64,000 bases of DNA from Squalus acanthias. Lineage: Eukaryota. Shown piece by piece: positions 13,115 through 26,230 of this stretch. Within the stretch, counting starts at the first letter, position 1. Every line of letters begins with the position of its first letter. The stretch covers positions 11,968,001 through 12,032,000 of the forward strand of contig CM059433.1 in the NCBI GenBank assembly GCA_030390025.1, read 5' to 3'. Under the pieces are notes generated by a model. It saw only the letters and a list, made by a program, of their open reading frames with translations, searched no databases and had not been told where the DNA came from. Made by a program: the position numbers and the translations under genes.

Positions 13115-13840
13115 GATGGGATGTAGGCATCGCTGGCAAGGCCAGCATTTATTGCCCATCCCTAATTGCCCTTGAGAAGGTGGTGGTGAGCCGCCTTCTT
13201 GAACCGCTGCAGTCCCTGTGGTGAAGGTACTCCCACAGCGCTGTTAGGGAGGGAGTTCCAGGATTTTGACTCAGCGACGATGAAGGATCGGCGATATATT
13301 TCGAAGTTAGGATAGTGTGTGACTTGGAGGGGAACTTGGAGGTGGTGGTGTTCCCATGCGTCTGCTGCCCTTGTCCTTCTAGGTAGTAGAGGTCACGGGT
13401 TTTGGAGGTACTGTCGAAGAAGCCTTGGCGAGTTGCTGCAGTGCATCTTGTAGATGGTACACACTGCAGCCACGGTACGCCGGTGATGGAGGGAGTGCAT
13501 ATTTAAGGTGGTGGATGGGGTGCCAATCAAGCGGGCTGCTTTGTCCTGGATGGTGTCGAGCTTATTGAGTGTTGGAGCTGCACTCATTCAGGCAAGTGGA
13601 GAGTATTCCATCACACTCCTGACTTGTGCCTTGTAGATGGTGGAAAGGCTTTGGGGAGTCAGGAGGTGAGACACTCGCCGCAGATTACCCAGCCTCTGAC
13701 CTGCTCTTGTAGCCACAGTATTTATGTGGCTGGTCCAGTTAAACTTCTAGTCAACGGTGACCCCCCAGGATGTCGATGGTGGGGGATTCGACGATGGTAA
13801 TGCCATTGAATGTCAAGAGGAGGTGGTTAGACATTCTCTT
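13115..13840 (-). mobile_element. LINE 3' end (second CR1/L2-group family)
   Basis: KLDTIQDKAARLIG...HSLHHRRTVAAVCTIYKMHC; tail GGGCAATAAATGCTGGCCTTGCCAGCG; related pieces at ~11645-11870, 60470-60730, 60865-61265. Confidence 0.8.
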
Positions 13841-13900
13841 GTTCTAAATATAGTTTTGTTTTTCCTGAGACTAGTAAATGGTAAGCATAAACCTGAAGTT

Positions 13901-14132
13901 TATGTCTCTACTTACCATAGACCACCCCTTTTGTTCTTTTATTCCTCCCCCCAGCCTCCCCCTTGCTTTTTTATCTATTTCATTTCCTGCTTTTTTCTCA
14001 GATCTGACGAAAGGTCTTCGACCTGAAACGTTAACTCTGTTTCTCTCTCCACGGATGTTGCCTGGCCTGCTGAGTTTTTCCAGCGTTTTCTGTTGTTGTT
14101 TCAATTTTCCAGCATCCGCAGTATTTTGCTAT
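13901..14132 (+). mobile_element. Penelope-like element 3' terminus insertion with hammerhead motif
   Basis: 15-bp TSD CATAAACCTGAAGTT (13886-13900 and 14133-14147); CTGACGA...GAAACGTT at 14004-14032. Confidence 0.8.
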
Positions 14133-14637
14133 CATAAACCTGAAGTTGATTTGTTTCCCTTTTCTATTATGTCACCAGTCAAACGCTTATAGTAGGAGAG
14201 ACATGTTTTGCAATTTGCTCACAGTAAGTTGGCAGCAAGATAAAATAACAAAATGGATACATTGGAGACAAAATGAACATGTTAGAGGCTGAACTGATGT
14301 AGTAATTAGAACTGTCTCTTCATTCTCAGAACCTGTGCAGACTGGTGAACCAAATGAAAGCAGTCATACTTTCTAACGGAATATAATATACATTAATATT
14401 CAATGTTAGTATTTTTACATATCATTTTGTATTATACAAACAAGTCCCCTATCAATGTAAAATTTGTAATTTTGTATTAGGGTTTGTTACCTAAAGAAAG
14501 GAAGAAATTAAAGTCCACACAATTTCCAGTATCAGCAATTAACTACGTGATGGTTTCTTGATGGAGGAGGGAGAAGAGCCAATGATTCTTTTGCCACAAT
14601 ATCATTAAGTGACAGAGACATTTTAATGTGATATTTT

Positions 14638-15482
14638 GGGCTGGATTTTGCCAGCCCTGGGGAGACAGGTTTGGAGGCGGGACTGCTGGGAAAGTGGCAG
14701 AATCTGGGGGCGGGTACCCGTCCCGCCCCCAACCCGCCTCCGCGCCATCTTGCCAGGAGGTGGGTAGCCGACCCGCACCGGGTCCCATCTCCTGGAGGCG
14801 GGAAGGGGATTACAGCCACTTAACTGCCGGTTAACAGGTAGTTAACAGGCAGTTAAGAGGATTATCCCCATTTTTCCACCAGAGGCGCGGGCTTCCCGAT
14901 GTCGGGAAACCCCGCCAGGGTCACTAAGGCGAGCAGTGGGTCTGCGAGGGTCAGAGGGGTGCAAAAGTGTGCTGTGGAGGTGAGTGATGGGTGCAAGTGT
15001 GGAGAGGTAAGTATGTGAGGTGAGTGGAAAGTGGTAGAAAATGTTTACTTACCTTTGTTTCTTCCTGCAGGCTTCAACAGTTAGGGATGCGGAGACTCTC
15101 GCATCTCACCGGCAGAGATGACAGATGGCTGCTGCATTCTCTAATGCAACATCCATCTGATTTCTGCTCACAAATGAGGTTTGATGAGTCTTGAATACAA
15201 GGACTCATCAAACAACAGAGAATGTCAGTGTCTGACAGCTTTACAGAGCTGGCAAACGATGACAATTCATCTGTCAAAAATATTTGACAGATGAAACGTC
15301 ATACGCTGACGTTCTCTGTAACCGGCTTCCCCTTAATTGGCCTGCTAAGCCCGCTGGGCGGGCTTAACAAGGTCAATCAAGGGAAAATAGCGTGGGTTGG
15401 CCAGAAGTCGATGGAGGCGGGACTGAAACCCGACAAGCAGCAGTCCCGCCTCCAACGCGCCCCCATTGACAAAATCACCCCC
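14638..15482. mobile_element. Probable MITE in COLEC11 intron
   Basis: Imperfect TIRs GGGCTGGATTTTGCCA / TGACAAAATCACCCCC; GC-rich arms in AT-rich context. Confidence 0.6.
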
Positions 15483-16226
15483 TTTACGTTTGTGTGTGTT
15501 TAGAAACCAATGAAAAAATAGTGCAACTCTTTTCATGAAGTTGGCCCCCCCTTTCAAGAATTTCAATATAATCCATTTTTAGTTAACGGAGCCAGTCCTA
15601 GAGACTTTGATTAGAACCAGTTCCATACAGATGGGATTAAAGTGTGCCTTCAGCAGCTGGTAAGGGCTTTAAATGAAAAGAGATTCAATCTCGATTTCTG
15701 TGTTTACAACTCAGTGAGTTAGTCTGTGCCAACAAATTTTGCTGCCAACTAGTTTATCAACGAAGAGGTATATTTGATTATTTTAGAAAGAAACACTTTC
15801 TCGTGATTATTTAGCTACTTTATCACCTGCCAGTCAAAACAATTTACTCCTGTCAAATTTGTGAAGCAGGAATTCAGTAACAGTAACTGCAGAAACCCAG
15901 CCATTCACGACTCCTCTCCAATAATGTTGTTTTCACACTTCTCCAGCACCTAAATTAGCAGCGACAAAATTGGGAATGCACAAAGTTTAATGGAAATCAC
16001 CCAAACATTTTGCAAACCTGCAACCTAGCCCCAACTCCCGACGGCAGTAATTCTCACCCAACCCAGCATAGGGTGTCAATCTTGACAAAGATTTATATTG
16101 AGGTCGATTTATAATTGGAAAAAAAAATACACTTACAACATCACCACCCATACATGTCACTTGTTAGCTGTGAGGTCATTGTGTGAGCTGCTTTCGAGAA
16201 TCTGGTCAGCCATTTAGTCACATTTA

Positions 16227-16476
16227 CAGGAAACTCTTTCGTATCCGGCACCGACGGGACCGGGATGGTGCCGGTTGATTAAAAATGCCGGATAACGGAG
16301 AGGTAGGCAATTTTTAACACAAAAAAAATAAAAACCAGTGACTAATTCGGCCACCGTGGAAACTCGGACTCGGAAAAACGAAAAATGGATGGATTCGGCA
16401 AGATTACCGGCTATCTATTTGGCCGGTTATTAAAGAACTCCGGTTGATTAGGTGCCGTTTAAACAAGAGTTTACCG
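16227..16476. mobile_element. Tc1/mariner-pogo-type MITE
   Basis: TA flanks, CAGGAAACTCTT / AAGAGTTTACCG termini; same family as 25806-26230. Confidence 0.75.
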
Positions 16477-17004
16477 TACTTTGTTTTCATTGACACCTCG
16501 AGCAAAAACAGACCCTAATTTTCTTATTTGAACGTCGAGCCCACTCACCACCTCCATCCAAAACCGAGATTGGGGACACACCCTATGGAACAATCACAAG
16601 CGTGAAATTACATCTATTTTTTCTTTTTCCCCCCCCCCCCCTTTTGTTTTTCTTTTCTTCTTGTTTCTTTCATTTTGTTGCAGTATTTCACAAATTTTTT
16701 GAGCAGCTTAGCAGGTCGCTAGAAAGCGTGTGCGCTACAGATCACGGTACGCTCCAGGAAGAACGAAGCATTATAATAACAAGTTGTAAGATAGTCTCCC
16801 ATCTGAATCAGTGGATAGTGGAGTGCCAATAGTTTTTAAACCAGATATGTCGATGCAGTGTGGGCAGCATGCTGAAGGTACACTTCAGTCACGGCTCTTA
16901 ACATTAAGCTGTTGAGCTAATTTTGTACATGTTAGGGAAGGCATTTAGCAAAACATTTATGAATTAGATATTCAACTAATTGCAGAAAACCTTGTTTAAG
17001 TTAC

Positions 17005-17076
17005 CTGGTTGTCCAAGTGGGCCAACTTTTCCTAACCTTCCAGGCTCTCCTTTCTGCCCCTTTTCCCCAGGTTCAC
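17005..17076 (-). CDS. COLEC11: Collectin-11 collagen exon, 72 nt
   Basis: AG/GT boundaries; GEPGEKGQKGEPGRLGKVGPLGQP. Confidence 0.95.
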
Positions 17077-17696
17077 CTGGAACAGAATGTAAACCGTAAC
17101 AGCATCATTCTCATCAGCAAAATAGCTGCACAGAAATAATACAACACGTCTGTATGCAAATAGGATCCTCGCTATCCCCTGACCCAGATGAACTTCAAAG
17201 GTCATTAGCAAACAGCACGTAGGTGGCCATCTCAGTCAGAGATGCCATAGGATAACTGGTGTTGGAATTGGCAAAAATGGTCACATTGGTGCAGTAGGGG
17301 TTACTTTTCTGAGGTTGAGGTGGGGGCGGGGGCAAAGGTACATTGTTGGGGCAGCGTAGAGGGAGCTTTACTCTGCGGCTGGTGGTGTGATACCTGACCT
17401 GAGAGTGCTTGATGCTAACACTGCAGACCCGAAATGGAAAGAGTTCCACTCTCCAGCACTAACATCCCTCACCTCCTAAAACTTTTTTAAAAGAATCTCT
17501 TACAATCTTCTCAAATACATAAGAAATTATGTTCTTTTATTGAACATACCTCAAAAAACAGGAGTTAGTCCTTTCAAGAAATGTATATGCAATACTTGGT
17601 TACTCAACAATACCAAGTAATAAATTGAAAAGCTTAAAATTGACCAACAAATAAAAAAGCACCTTTTTTTCCCCACCATGGGTGTGATTCAGAAAA

Positions 17697-18160
17697 AGAA
17701 AAAAGAACTTGCATTTATATAGCGACTTTCACGACCCCAGGACGTTCCAAAACGCTTTACAGCCAATGAAGTACTTTTTGAAGTGTAGTCACTGTTGTAA
17801 TGTGGAAACGCAGCAGCCAATTTGCGCACAGCAAGCTCCCACAAACAGCAATGTAATAATGACCAGATAACCTGTTTTTAGCGATGTTGGTTGAGGGATA
17901 AATATTGGCACCGGGGAATAACTCCCCTGCTCTTCTTCAAAATAGTGCCATGGGATCTTTTACGTCCACCCGAGAGGGCAGACGGGGGCCTCAGTTTAAC
18001 GTCTCATCCGAAAGAGGGGACTTCCAACAGTGCAGCACTCCCTCAGCACTGCACTGGAGTGTCAGCCTAGATTTTTGTGCTCAAGTCCCTGGAGTGGGAC
18101 TGTGAACCCTCAACCTTCTGACTCAGAGACAAGAGTGCCACCCACTGAGCCATGGCTAAC
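17697..18160 (-). mobile_element. Deu-domain SINE, full length
   Basis: Colinear with 113-577. Confidence 0.85.
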
Positions 18161-19179
18161 AAAGACAGCCAGATGAAACATTTAATGAGATGGTCTCGGA
18201 CAATGGGGCCTCTTTAAAATGCTTTCCACAGCCATTCATACCAGAGGGATTCAAATGCCTCCTCCCTTTGAGCTTTTCATAGAGCTGATTTTAAGGAGAT
18301 CTTGCCAGTATAATTATCACATTGAAATATAAACTGTATTGCCTGTATATTACACTGTAATCACTATCACTTATTGAAAGTGTAATCTGCTACCTGTACA
18401 TTGCAGGGTAATTATCACATTTGGAATTAAATCATTAGTGCTCGAATCCTAGATTTTAATTACTATCACAAGCCTACTGGGATGGATGGGAATTCCACTT
18501 TTACAATATACAGTAACTCAATATTACCTCAGCCACCTGATAAGAGAAACTAGCCAACTATACTCATACATCTAAACAACAATAATCATTGTACAGGGCT
18601 CACACATGCAAAGAATAGGTCTTTGGTTAAAAGAAATGGCACTGGTTTTAACAAAAGTAGCATTTCAATTTAATTTTTAGACTGATGTTTGGTGTTTGCG
18701 CCTCCAAAAATAGTTCCATTAATTTTCATAATTAAGATACCACGATTTTCATTATGCAGGGTACCTAGCTGTGCTTTCTCATTCTACTCAAAGTCATTTC
18801 TTCATTTTCACACTTCACGTTCCTGTCATGTTGCTAGTCACAAGCTCTGTGCCTCTACTCAAAAGTAAGCAGTTCCACCATCTCAGCTGTCATCATCCAC
18901 AGGATTTTTTTTTCCCCCAACTGGTGCCCGTTCCATTACCATTTGAGGTATCGATCTCCAGCCATACAATGCACATGTCCTGACCAATGCACTCTTCTCA
19001 CTGCAACATGTTCGAATACTGCACACAGACCACTCATTATTTTAGTGTCGGCAACTCTGTTCTCTTAGTCGGTACCCAACATACTCAAGGATATTATCAA
19101 GGGTGGGGTTCAGACTGAGTCTCTCTGGATTAAACTGAAAATAATAACAGCCGTGAAACAATACTGGCTGGCATGATCA

Positions 19180-21070
19180 ACCACCAAGCAGTGAGAAAGA
19201 AGCAGAGAAAGAGATTTGTAGACAATTCAAATAGGTTTGCAGAAGTAATAGGATTGTAATGGTGGAGGGGATTAACTATTCAAAAGTAGACTAGCACAGC
19301 ATTAACAATGGTCAAAATTGGGAGGAGTTCATAGAATACATTCAGACTGTTTCCTAAGTCAGTATGTTATGAGGAAGTCAAGGAGCAGATGCAGTACGAG
19401 GTTTGATACTGGGTATTGAACTAGGACAAGAAAGCATACTGAAAATAAAAGAACATTTAGCGGCCAGTGATTATAACAATTGGGCTTACAGTCAGAATAG
19501 ATTAAGAAAAAAAAAATAAGCCAAGATGTTCAATTTGGAAAAGAACATTTTAGAACAATGATCAAATCCAGATTAACTGGATCGAAAAATTGGCAGATAA
19601 ACCAGCCGGCCAGCAGTGCACGGCGTGTAGACTAAAAACATTCTGACCAGGACTACGTGGGTTGTGGCAAAGGCCAAAATCCCATGGATGAATACGGAGT
19701 TTAGGTCAGGAATAAAGTCTAAGCAAGAGAAATTTAAAAAAATAATGGTAAGAAAACTTGAGGAAATATCAAAAGCTAGAGAGAAACAATGGGAGATTAG
19801 AAGGGCTAATAGAGTATGAAAAAAGACTAACCATCAACATAACGAGTAATAAGAAAGACTTTTATAGGCATATCACCAACAAGAATAAGCCAAAGAGGTA
19901 GGGCTACAAAGGGGAAAAGAGTGTAATCTTATAGTAGAGAATAAAAGAATGGCAGATGTGTTTAACAAGTATGGTGTTGTTGTATTTACAGAGAAAGGTG
20001 GATGGAAAACTGCATAAATACAAAAGAGAATGTGGAGAAACCATAAATTGATTTTTAAGTATTAAAAAGGAAACTGTATTAAACAGGTTAATAGGACTTA
20101 AGGTTGAAAAGCCATCAAAAGCTCAGATGGTCTACATTCCAGAATTATTTTTTTTGGGGGGTGAGGGGCACGAGGAGGGGGGGTCAGTGACAAAATATTA
20201 GTGGTACTAACCAAAATTGACCAAAATGCTTTGGAAACGAGTATTATACTGGAGGGTGGCAAATTATACTCCCCTGTTCAGAAAAGGGAAAGGGATAATA
20301 AGCCAGATAATTATAGATCAGTTATACACGCAAACAAACTGCTAGACAATGATAAGAGATAACATTAGTGAACACTTTGAAAGACATGAGCTAATTAGGG
20401 ACAGTCAATGTGAGTTTGTACAGGGTAGTTCATGCTTCTCTAAGTTAAGCAAATTCTTCAAGAAAATTATTGAGCCGATAGAGAGAAAGGAAATGTCGTG
20501 GATATGGTGTATCTGGACTTTCAAAAAGCAGTTAGTAAGTGCTACATAAGAGATTTATTTCAAAGAGTAAGGTATTAAGGGTAAACTGGTGACATGGATA
20601 AATGGATCCATGTAAATGGTTGTTTCGCAGATTGGTGTGTTCCTCGGATCTGTGTTCAGACTCCTTGCTTCTCCATGAGCATAAATGGTTTGGGCATGGG
20701 CATAGAGAGGTATACATGAACACTTTCTGGAACCACTAAATTAGGAGGCATGGCAAACTGCGAGGAAGAAAACAGGAGAATAAATGCAAGTTGGGTAAAT
20801 GGGCAGAACTGTGGCAAGTGCAGTTCAATATAATTGTGCATTTTGGGGAAACAAACAGAATGGGAATATAACCTAATTAAGTACAATTCTCAATGAAATA
20901 GAGGCAGAGATGTGGGTATGGATACATGTTTTTAAAAGCAGAATTGCAGGTGGAAAATTACAAAGACAAGGAGGCGATGGTGAATCTGTTGGTTAGGCTA
21001 CAGTTGTTTTGGGCACTCAATTATAGAAAGGATATTGAAGCCACAGAAAAGGTGCAATGCAGATTTACTA
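19180..21070 (+). mobile_element. Heavily decayed CR1-type LINE ORF2
   Basis: Remnant motifs (PLFRKGKG, IRDNISEHFERHELIRDSQ) with many frameshifts. Confidence 0.7.
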
Positions 21071-21956
21071 GGGATGAGTGTCAGCTTGGATCAACTGGTA
21101 GCAGTCTTCCCACTGAGTCAGAAGGTTGAGAGTTTAAGCTCCACTATGGACTCGAGCACAAAATCTGGGCTGCCATTTCAGTGCAGTTTTTAGAGAGTGC
21201 TTCATTGTCAGAGGTGCCATCTTTTGGAGGAAGTGTTAAATTTAAGATTAATAGTAACAGCATAAAGGGAGTGGTTAGAAGACATTTTTCATGCAAAAAG
21301 AGTTATTGAAGTCAACTTAATCACAGCGTTTAAGAAGGAATTAGATAATCGCTTGGAGGTGAAATATTTCGGGAGATAGGATTAGATAGCTCCAATCTGA
21401 AGCTAGCACTGGCACAGGCAGGATGGGCTGAGTGCTGCCATTTATGAAGATGCTCTTTGAATAGCACATTCCGAGCTCCACTGACAATGAGTGCCAGCAG
21501 GCTATTCAACTGTGAGAGGGCATTACAGTTGAACTCAATCCTCTCCTCATCCAACATCCACACACCTTCCAGCAGGGCTCATTGGATAGTGATCAGGAGC
21601 GGGCTGCAATAGCTTTATCAACTCTACTGCTGCCTTGGCTGAGAGCAATGAACTCAGCGCAGATAAGGAACTAAACTTTATCTGTATTTCTTAGCTCACC
21701 GATGGCCATTGGATTTACTAAATGAGTCATCAGGGAATCTCTCTGTCCACCTTCATTTGCTGCACCCTGTAAAAAAAACCTGCACCATTTGCTGATGAAA
21801 AAAACACACACTCTTGTTTTGCACCCAACGAGATATAATGGCGTCAATTATAGCACTAATGTAATGTCATGCAATTTAGTGATAAGTGCAACAGTAATAA
21901 AATGCAGTCCACAGTAGTTCATAAATCACAAAATGTTAAACTGAATATACATCTAC

Positions 21957-22086
21957 CTTTCAGACCAGGGACTAGGATCTGTACTGAGCATGATTCGTCT
22001 GCTATATGTTGAGATTCTCCAGATCTGAGCAAGGACAGGAACAGCAGGCCAATTAGGAACACAAGTAAAAACAGTCCGCTGTTCAT
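21957..22086 (-). CDS. COLEC11: Collectin-11 first coding exon (signal peptide and N-terminal Cys segment)
   Basis: ATG at 22086; [43 protein letters not shown]; acceptor at 22114-22113 leaves 26 nt of UTR; GT donor at 21956. Confidence 0.95.
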
Positions 22087-23398
22087 AATGTCCACAAAAA
22101 GTTCATTGACTCCTAAAGACAGAAATTCTTTTTATAAATAACCATCACAGTAGTGAGATCAAACAAACATATTTTAACTTGTTAAATACAAGCAGTGTTG
22201 AAAATTGTCTTCCACACTCTTCTCCCTGCACGCTCATTGTGTTAAAAGTAAAACTTAGCACTCCATCTCCTATTCTAACTTATTCTTCTCCCCCCCCCCC
22301 CCCCACCCCCCACCCCACACCCCCAAAGTCCTCAAATCTGCAGCACTGTTTTCGGTCTTTATTCCTTCAATCTTCAGGCTTTTACTTTCCAAGTTTGGAG
22401 TTACCCAAACCCTGATATTCCTCAGTTGTGGAAGCATGAAAAACCACCTGGGTGGGGAGGAATTTGGGGCTCTCAGTTACGCCAGGTCTTTATCCCCCAT
22501 TTCTTTTCATCAAAATTTCACCATAAGTGGCGATGTGTGCTTTTTGCGCTTGACCCCCTTCAGCGCAGATGTCACAGCATGAGGAAGGACAGGCGAGATG
22601 ATGTCATCCACCAGCATGCCCACCGGTTCCACCCGCCGCCCGCCCACCCCCACCTTGCCCCAATGCTGTGTGTGCCTGCGCAACAAGGGCACATCCATGA
22701 CATGGGGCAGAAGTTCCACACCAGCCAGGACTGTGTCCCACAGGAGACGACCACAAGAATTTCCAGGCCCTAAAGACTACTTCTGAATTTACCTGATCTT
22801 AACTTATTTCAACCAGCGCCTTGCACGATGGGACTTAGCTCTTCACTCTGAATTCTCAATCTATAAAGTGCTGTTTCCCCAAACTGGCGAGTAAACGACA
22901 TCAAACAGAATAATGATAATTGCTAAATTCAAACAGTGAGTCTATCAACCATACATCAGGCAGGCTGAAAACCTCTTGTTTTAAAAAATTCTACAACTAA
23001 AACTGGAAAAAAAACTTTTCGCTATTTAAGATTACGATCAGAATGACATTTTACTGGTTAAAATTAAACAAAGTCTACTAGTTCTCAAAATGTTTTGAGC
23101 AGTTCATGAAAAACAAGTCCATCATCAGTGAATTCTTGGGAAATGGCTAATATTTCAGCACACCAAAATTCCAAAGCTTTTTAAAGAGTTAAATGATTCT
23201 CATTCGGAGCACTCTAATACCGCAGATAGATCTTTTAGTAACTGCTGAAATAAATCTGTTAGTCCTTACGGTCTTTTGCCAATGTGCTCCCTCTCTTCCT
23301 TTTATAACAGCCAGGAACAAGGGCAGTCATTTGGGAAATTAATATTGCAGATATTTAACTAAGTACGGAACCAAAAGCACGCGGAAAACTACTCTTAC

Positions 23399-23500
23399 CT
23401 TATGATGGAAGACAGAGCAGTGAGCGAGGAATCATCCTGAGCCTGCTCTCCCATCGCACAGATGAACTTTATTGCCGCTCCTTGTTTACCAATGTTTGAC
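23399..23500 (-). promoter_or_regulatory. COLEC11: Putative COLEC11 non-coding exon 1 and proximal promoter
   Basis: Strong donor AAG|GTAAGA at 23399/23398 in unique sequence; forkhead-type TGTTTAC and TGTTTGAC at ~23483-23500. TSS not determinable. Confidence 0.45.
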
Positions 23501-24236
23501 AGTGTTTTAGGTTGACTGGTTGATATAGCCTGCCCAGGGAACCAGCTCAGCAAATCAAAGAGCAAAAATTGTAAGCATGACCCATAAATAGCATCCTGTT
23601 TGACAAATGTCAGCTGGGAAGATTGCAGCTGTAAAAGGAGACTATGGGAAAATCCAAGGCAGAATAGTGCAAAAAAAAAATATCTTCTATATTTGTTTTA
23701 TTTATTTTTTATTTTAAGAGCAAACACGCTATTTTTGATTCTATGTCAAACTCTTTCCATGGTACATGTAAATGACCCCTTGCAATACGAATGGCAGTAA
23801 GTTCTCAGTGATTTCTTCTGTGGCAGGGTGTTCAAGTTGATTTTTTTTTCCTGTGTCAGGCAAGTTACCAAGGGTTTTGCTGACATTTTCTTGGCTTTTC
23901 AATGGTGCAAAGTTCTAGTAACATTATTTGGACTGAATCACTGTTTTCCCCAACATCTTATGTTTCTGGTGGGGGGGGGGGGGGGGTCCCATGGTAACAT
24001 TTTCAGCACTCCCAGATCATGGTCAAAAGCTTCGGCTGTTTGTTGTATAGTTGTTCCTGTAAGTCATTCGTCTTTTCCCGGTATACATGCAGATTGTAAA
24101 ATTTACGGGAATAAGAACAACGCTCGGAAGCCTAGAAATACAGGACTCCATTTTCAGATTGTCAGATGTTAAAGGACCTCCCAATTCATTCTTCCTCTGA
24201 GACATCTAGGAATGAATGCAATGCCTGTATACTGCT

Positions 24237-24735
24237 TCTTCTTAGGCGGTCCCTCGGAACCGAGGATGACTTGCTTCCACATTAAAAATGAGTTCTCAGG
24301 TGACTGATGAGTCCAATGCGGGACCTACAGTCTCTGTCACAGGTGGGCAGACAGTGGTCGAAGGGGCGGGTGGGTGGGGTGCTTGGGTTGACGTGCGCTC
24401 CTTGCGCTTGGCTTCCGCTTGCTCCCGGCGAAGAGACTCGAGGTGTTCGGCGCCTTCCCGGATGCTTCTCCTCCACTTTGTGCGGTCTTGGGCCAGGGAT
24501 TCCCAGGCGTCGGTGGGGGATGTTGCACTTTTTCCAAGGAAACTTTGAGGATGTCCTTGAAGCGTTTCCTCTGCCCACCTGGGGCTCTCTTGTCATGTCG
24601 GAGCTCCGAGTAGAGCGCTTGTTTTGGGAGTCTCGTATCGGGCATGCGGACGATGTGACCCGTCCATCGGAGCTGATCGAGCGCGGTCAAAGCTTCGATG
24701 CTGGGGATGTTGGCCTGAGCGAGAACACTGTTCTC
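24237..24735 (-). mobile_element. RTE-clade LINE 3' end
   Basis: NSVLAQANIPSIEAL...QLRWTGHIVRMPDTRLPKQALYSEL...GGQRKRFKD; AAG-repeat tail at ~24237. Confidence 0.85.
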
Positions 24736-24929
24736 GCCTGTATACAATTTTCCAGTGAAAAATCAAAACACAGTGCTCTATAATACTGGACATAAAAAAT
24801 AATGTACATTCCATAACATTTGAAATGTCAGGCTCTAAAACTAAGCCTGTTAATGTTCTGTAAATGGTTTTAAATTGTTAGACTTAAAGGGGAATAAACT
24901 CGAGTCATTTTTTTAATATATGTCCAAGC

Positions 24930-25270
24930 TCCCCCAGTAGCCTAGATGGTAAATTCACCACCCAGTCCAATACTGAGCCATTCAGACCCAGAAGGTTCTT
25001 AGTTTGATTCCTAGTCTGAATTAGCAGTTCTCACCAATTGAGGTACTACAAATGGCTTCAGCAGCCAGGCTACAGTGAGAAAACATAATTGAGGGTTTCT
25101 GCTTCTGATCACTATCCAGTGACCGCGCAGTCTGCTGAAAACAAATGGGCTGATCAAGCTCAGCTGTGACGCCCTTCACAGTCAAATGGCCTGCTGATGT
25201 TCATCGTCTCGGCATAGACGAGGACTGGAGGACATCTGTGGACCCATAACCCAGCAGGAGTCACTAAGCA
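24930..25270 (+). mobile_element. Old unidentified SINE-like repeat
   Basis: Similar diverged segments at ~8740-9030 (+), 9840-10180 (-), 21460-21740 (-), e.g. TGATCACTATCCA; family not identified. Confidence 0.45.
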
Positions 25271-25805
25271 GGGGAGAAGAGGAGAGAAAATGAGAAATAT
25301 AATTGAAGAATGCTTTTAAAAGTATAAAGTAGTGTTTTACTTTATTTCCCAGAATGCTTGGCATCTTCCTCATGTGTATGATCTGCCCAGTACTTAACTT
25401 TCCTTATACGTGTGGGAAAAATAAGAAAAAAATATTCCTCATTGAGAGGAAAAATGGTTTGAACATATAATATATAAAAGAACATAACACGTAGGAGCAG
25501 GAGTAGGTTATTTGGCCCCTCGAGCCTGCTCCGCCATTCAATAAGATCATGGCTGATCTGATCTTGGCCTCAACTCCACTTCCCTGCCCGCTCCCCATAA
25601 CCCTTGACTCCCTTACCGTTCAAAAATCTGTCTATCTCCACCTTAAATATACTCAATGCCCCAGCCTCCCACAGCTCTCTGGGGAAGAGAATTCCAAAGA
25701 TTCACGACCTTCTGAGAGAAGAAATTCCTCCTCATTTCCTATTTAAATGGGTGCCCCCTTATTCTGAAATTATGCCCCCTAGTTTGTAGGGAAACTAGCT
25801 CAGTA

Positions 25806-26230
25806 CAGGAAACTTTCGTTTATCCGGCATCGACGGGACCGGCGTGGTGCTGGTTTATCGAAAGTACCGGATAACGGAGAGTTATATCTACCGAGGCTAA
25901 TTTTAACAAAGAGACTCCAGGCAGCGCGGGAGAATCAACTCCTGCTACTGCAGTGTTTCGGACTTCCGACAGCGCCAGGAGGCCGAGTAGTGGCACTTTT
26001 GAAAAGTACCCCTACTGACTAAATTGGCGTTCGCGGACTCGGACTCGGACTCGGGATCGGCAACATTGCCGGTTATTTGAGAGGAGTTTTCGGAGCACTC
26101 GGCGTTCGCGGAGACTCGACTGCGACTCGGCAACATTGCCGGTTATTTGAGAGGAGTTTTCGGAGGATGATTTTTGCCGGTTAAGCGAGAATTCCGGATA
26201 TTTGGGTGCCGGATAAACGAAAGTTTCCTG
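25806..26230. mobile_element. Tc1/mariner-pogo-type MITE
   Basis: TA flanks; perfect 24-bp TIR CAGGAAACTTTCGTTTATCCGGCA; internal ~39-bp direct repeat and (GGACTC)n. Confidence 0.9.
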
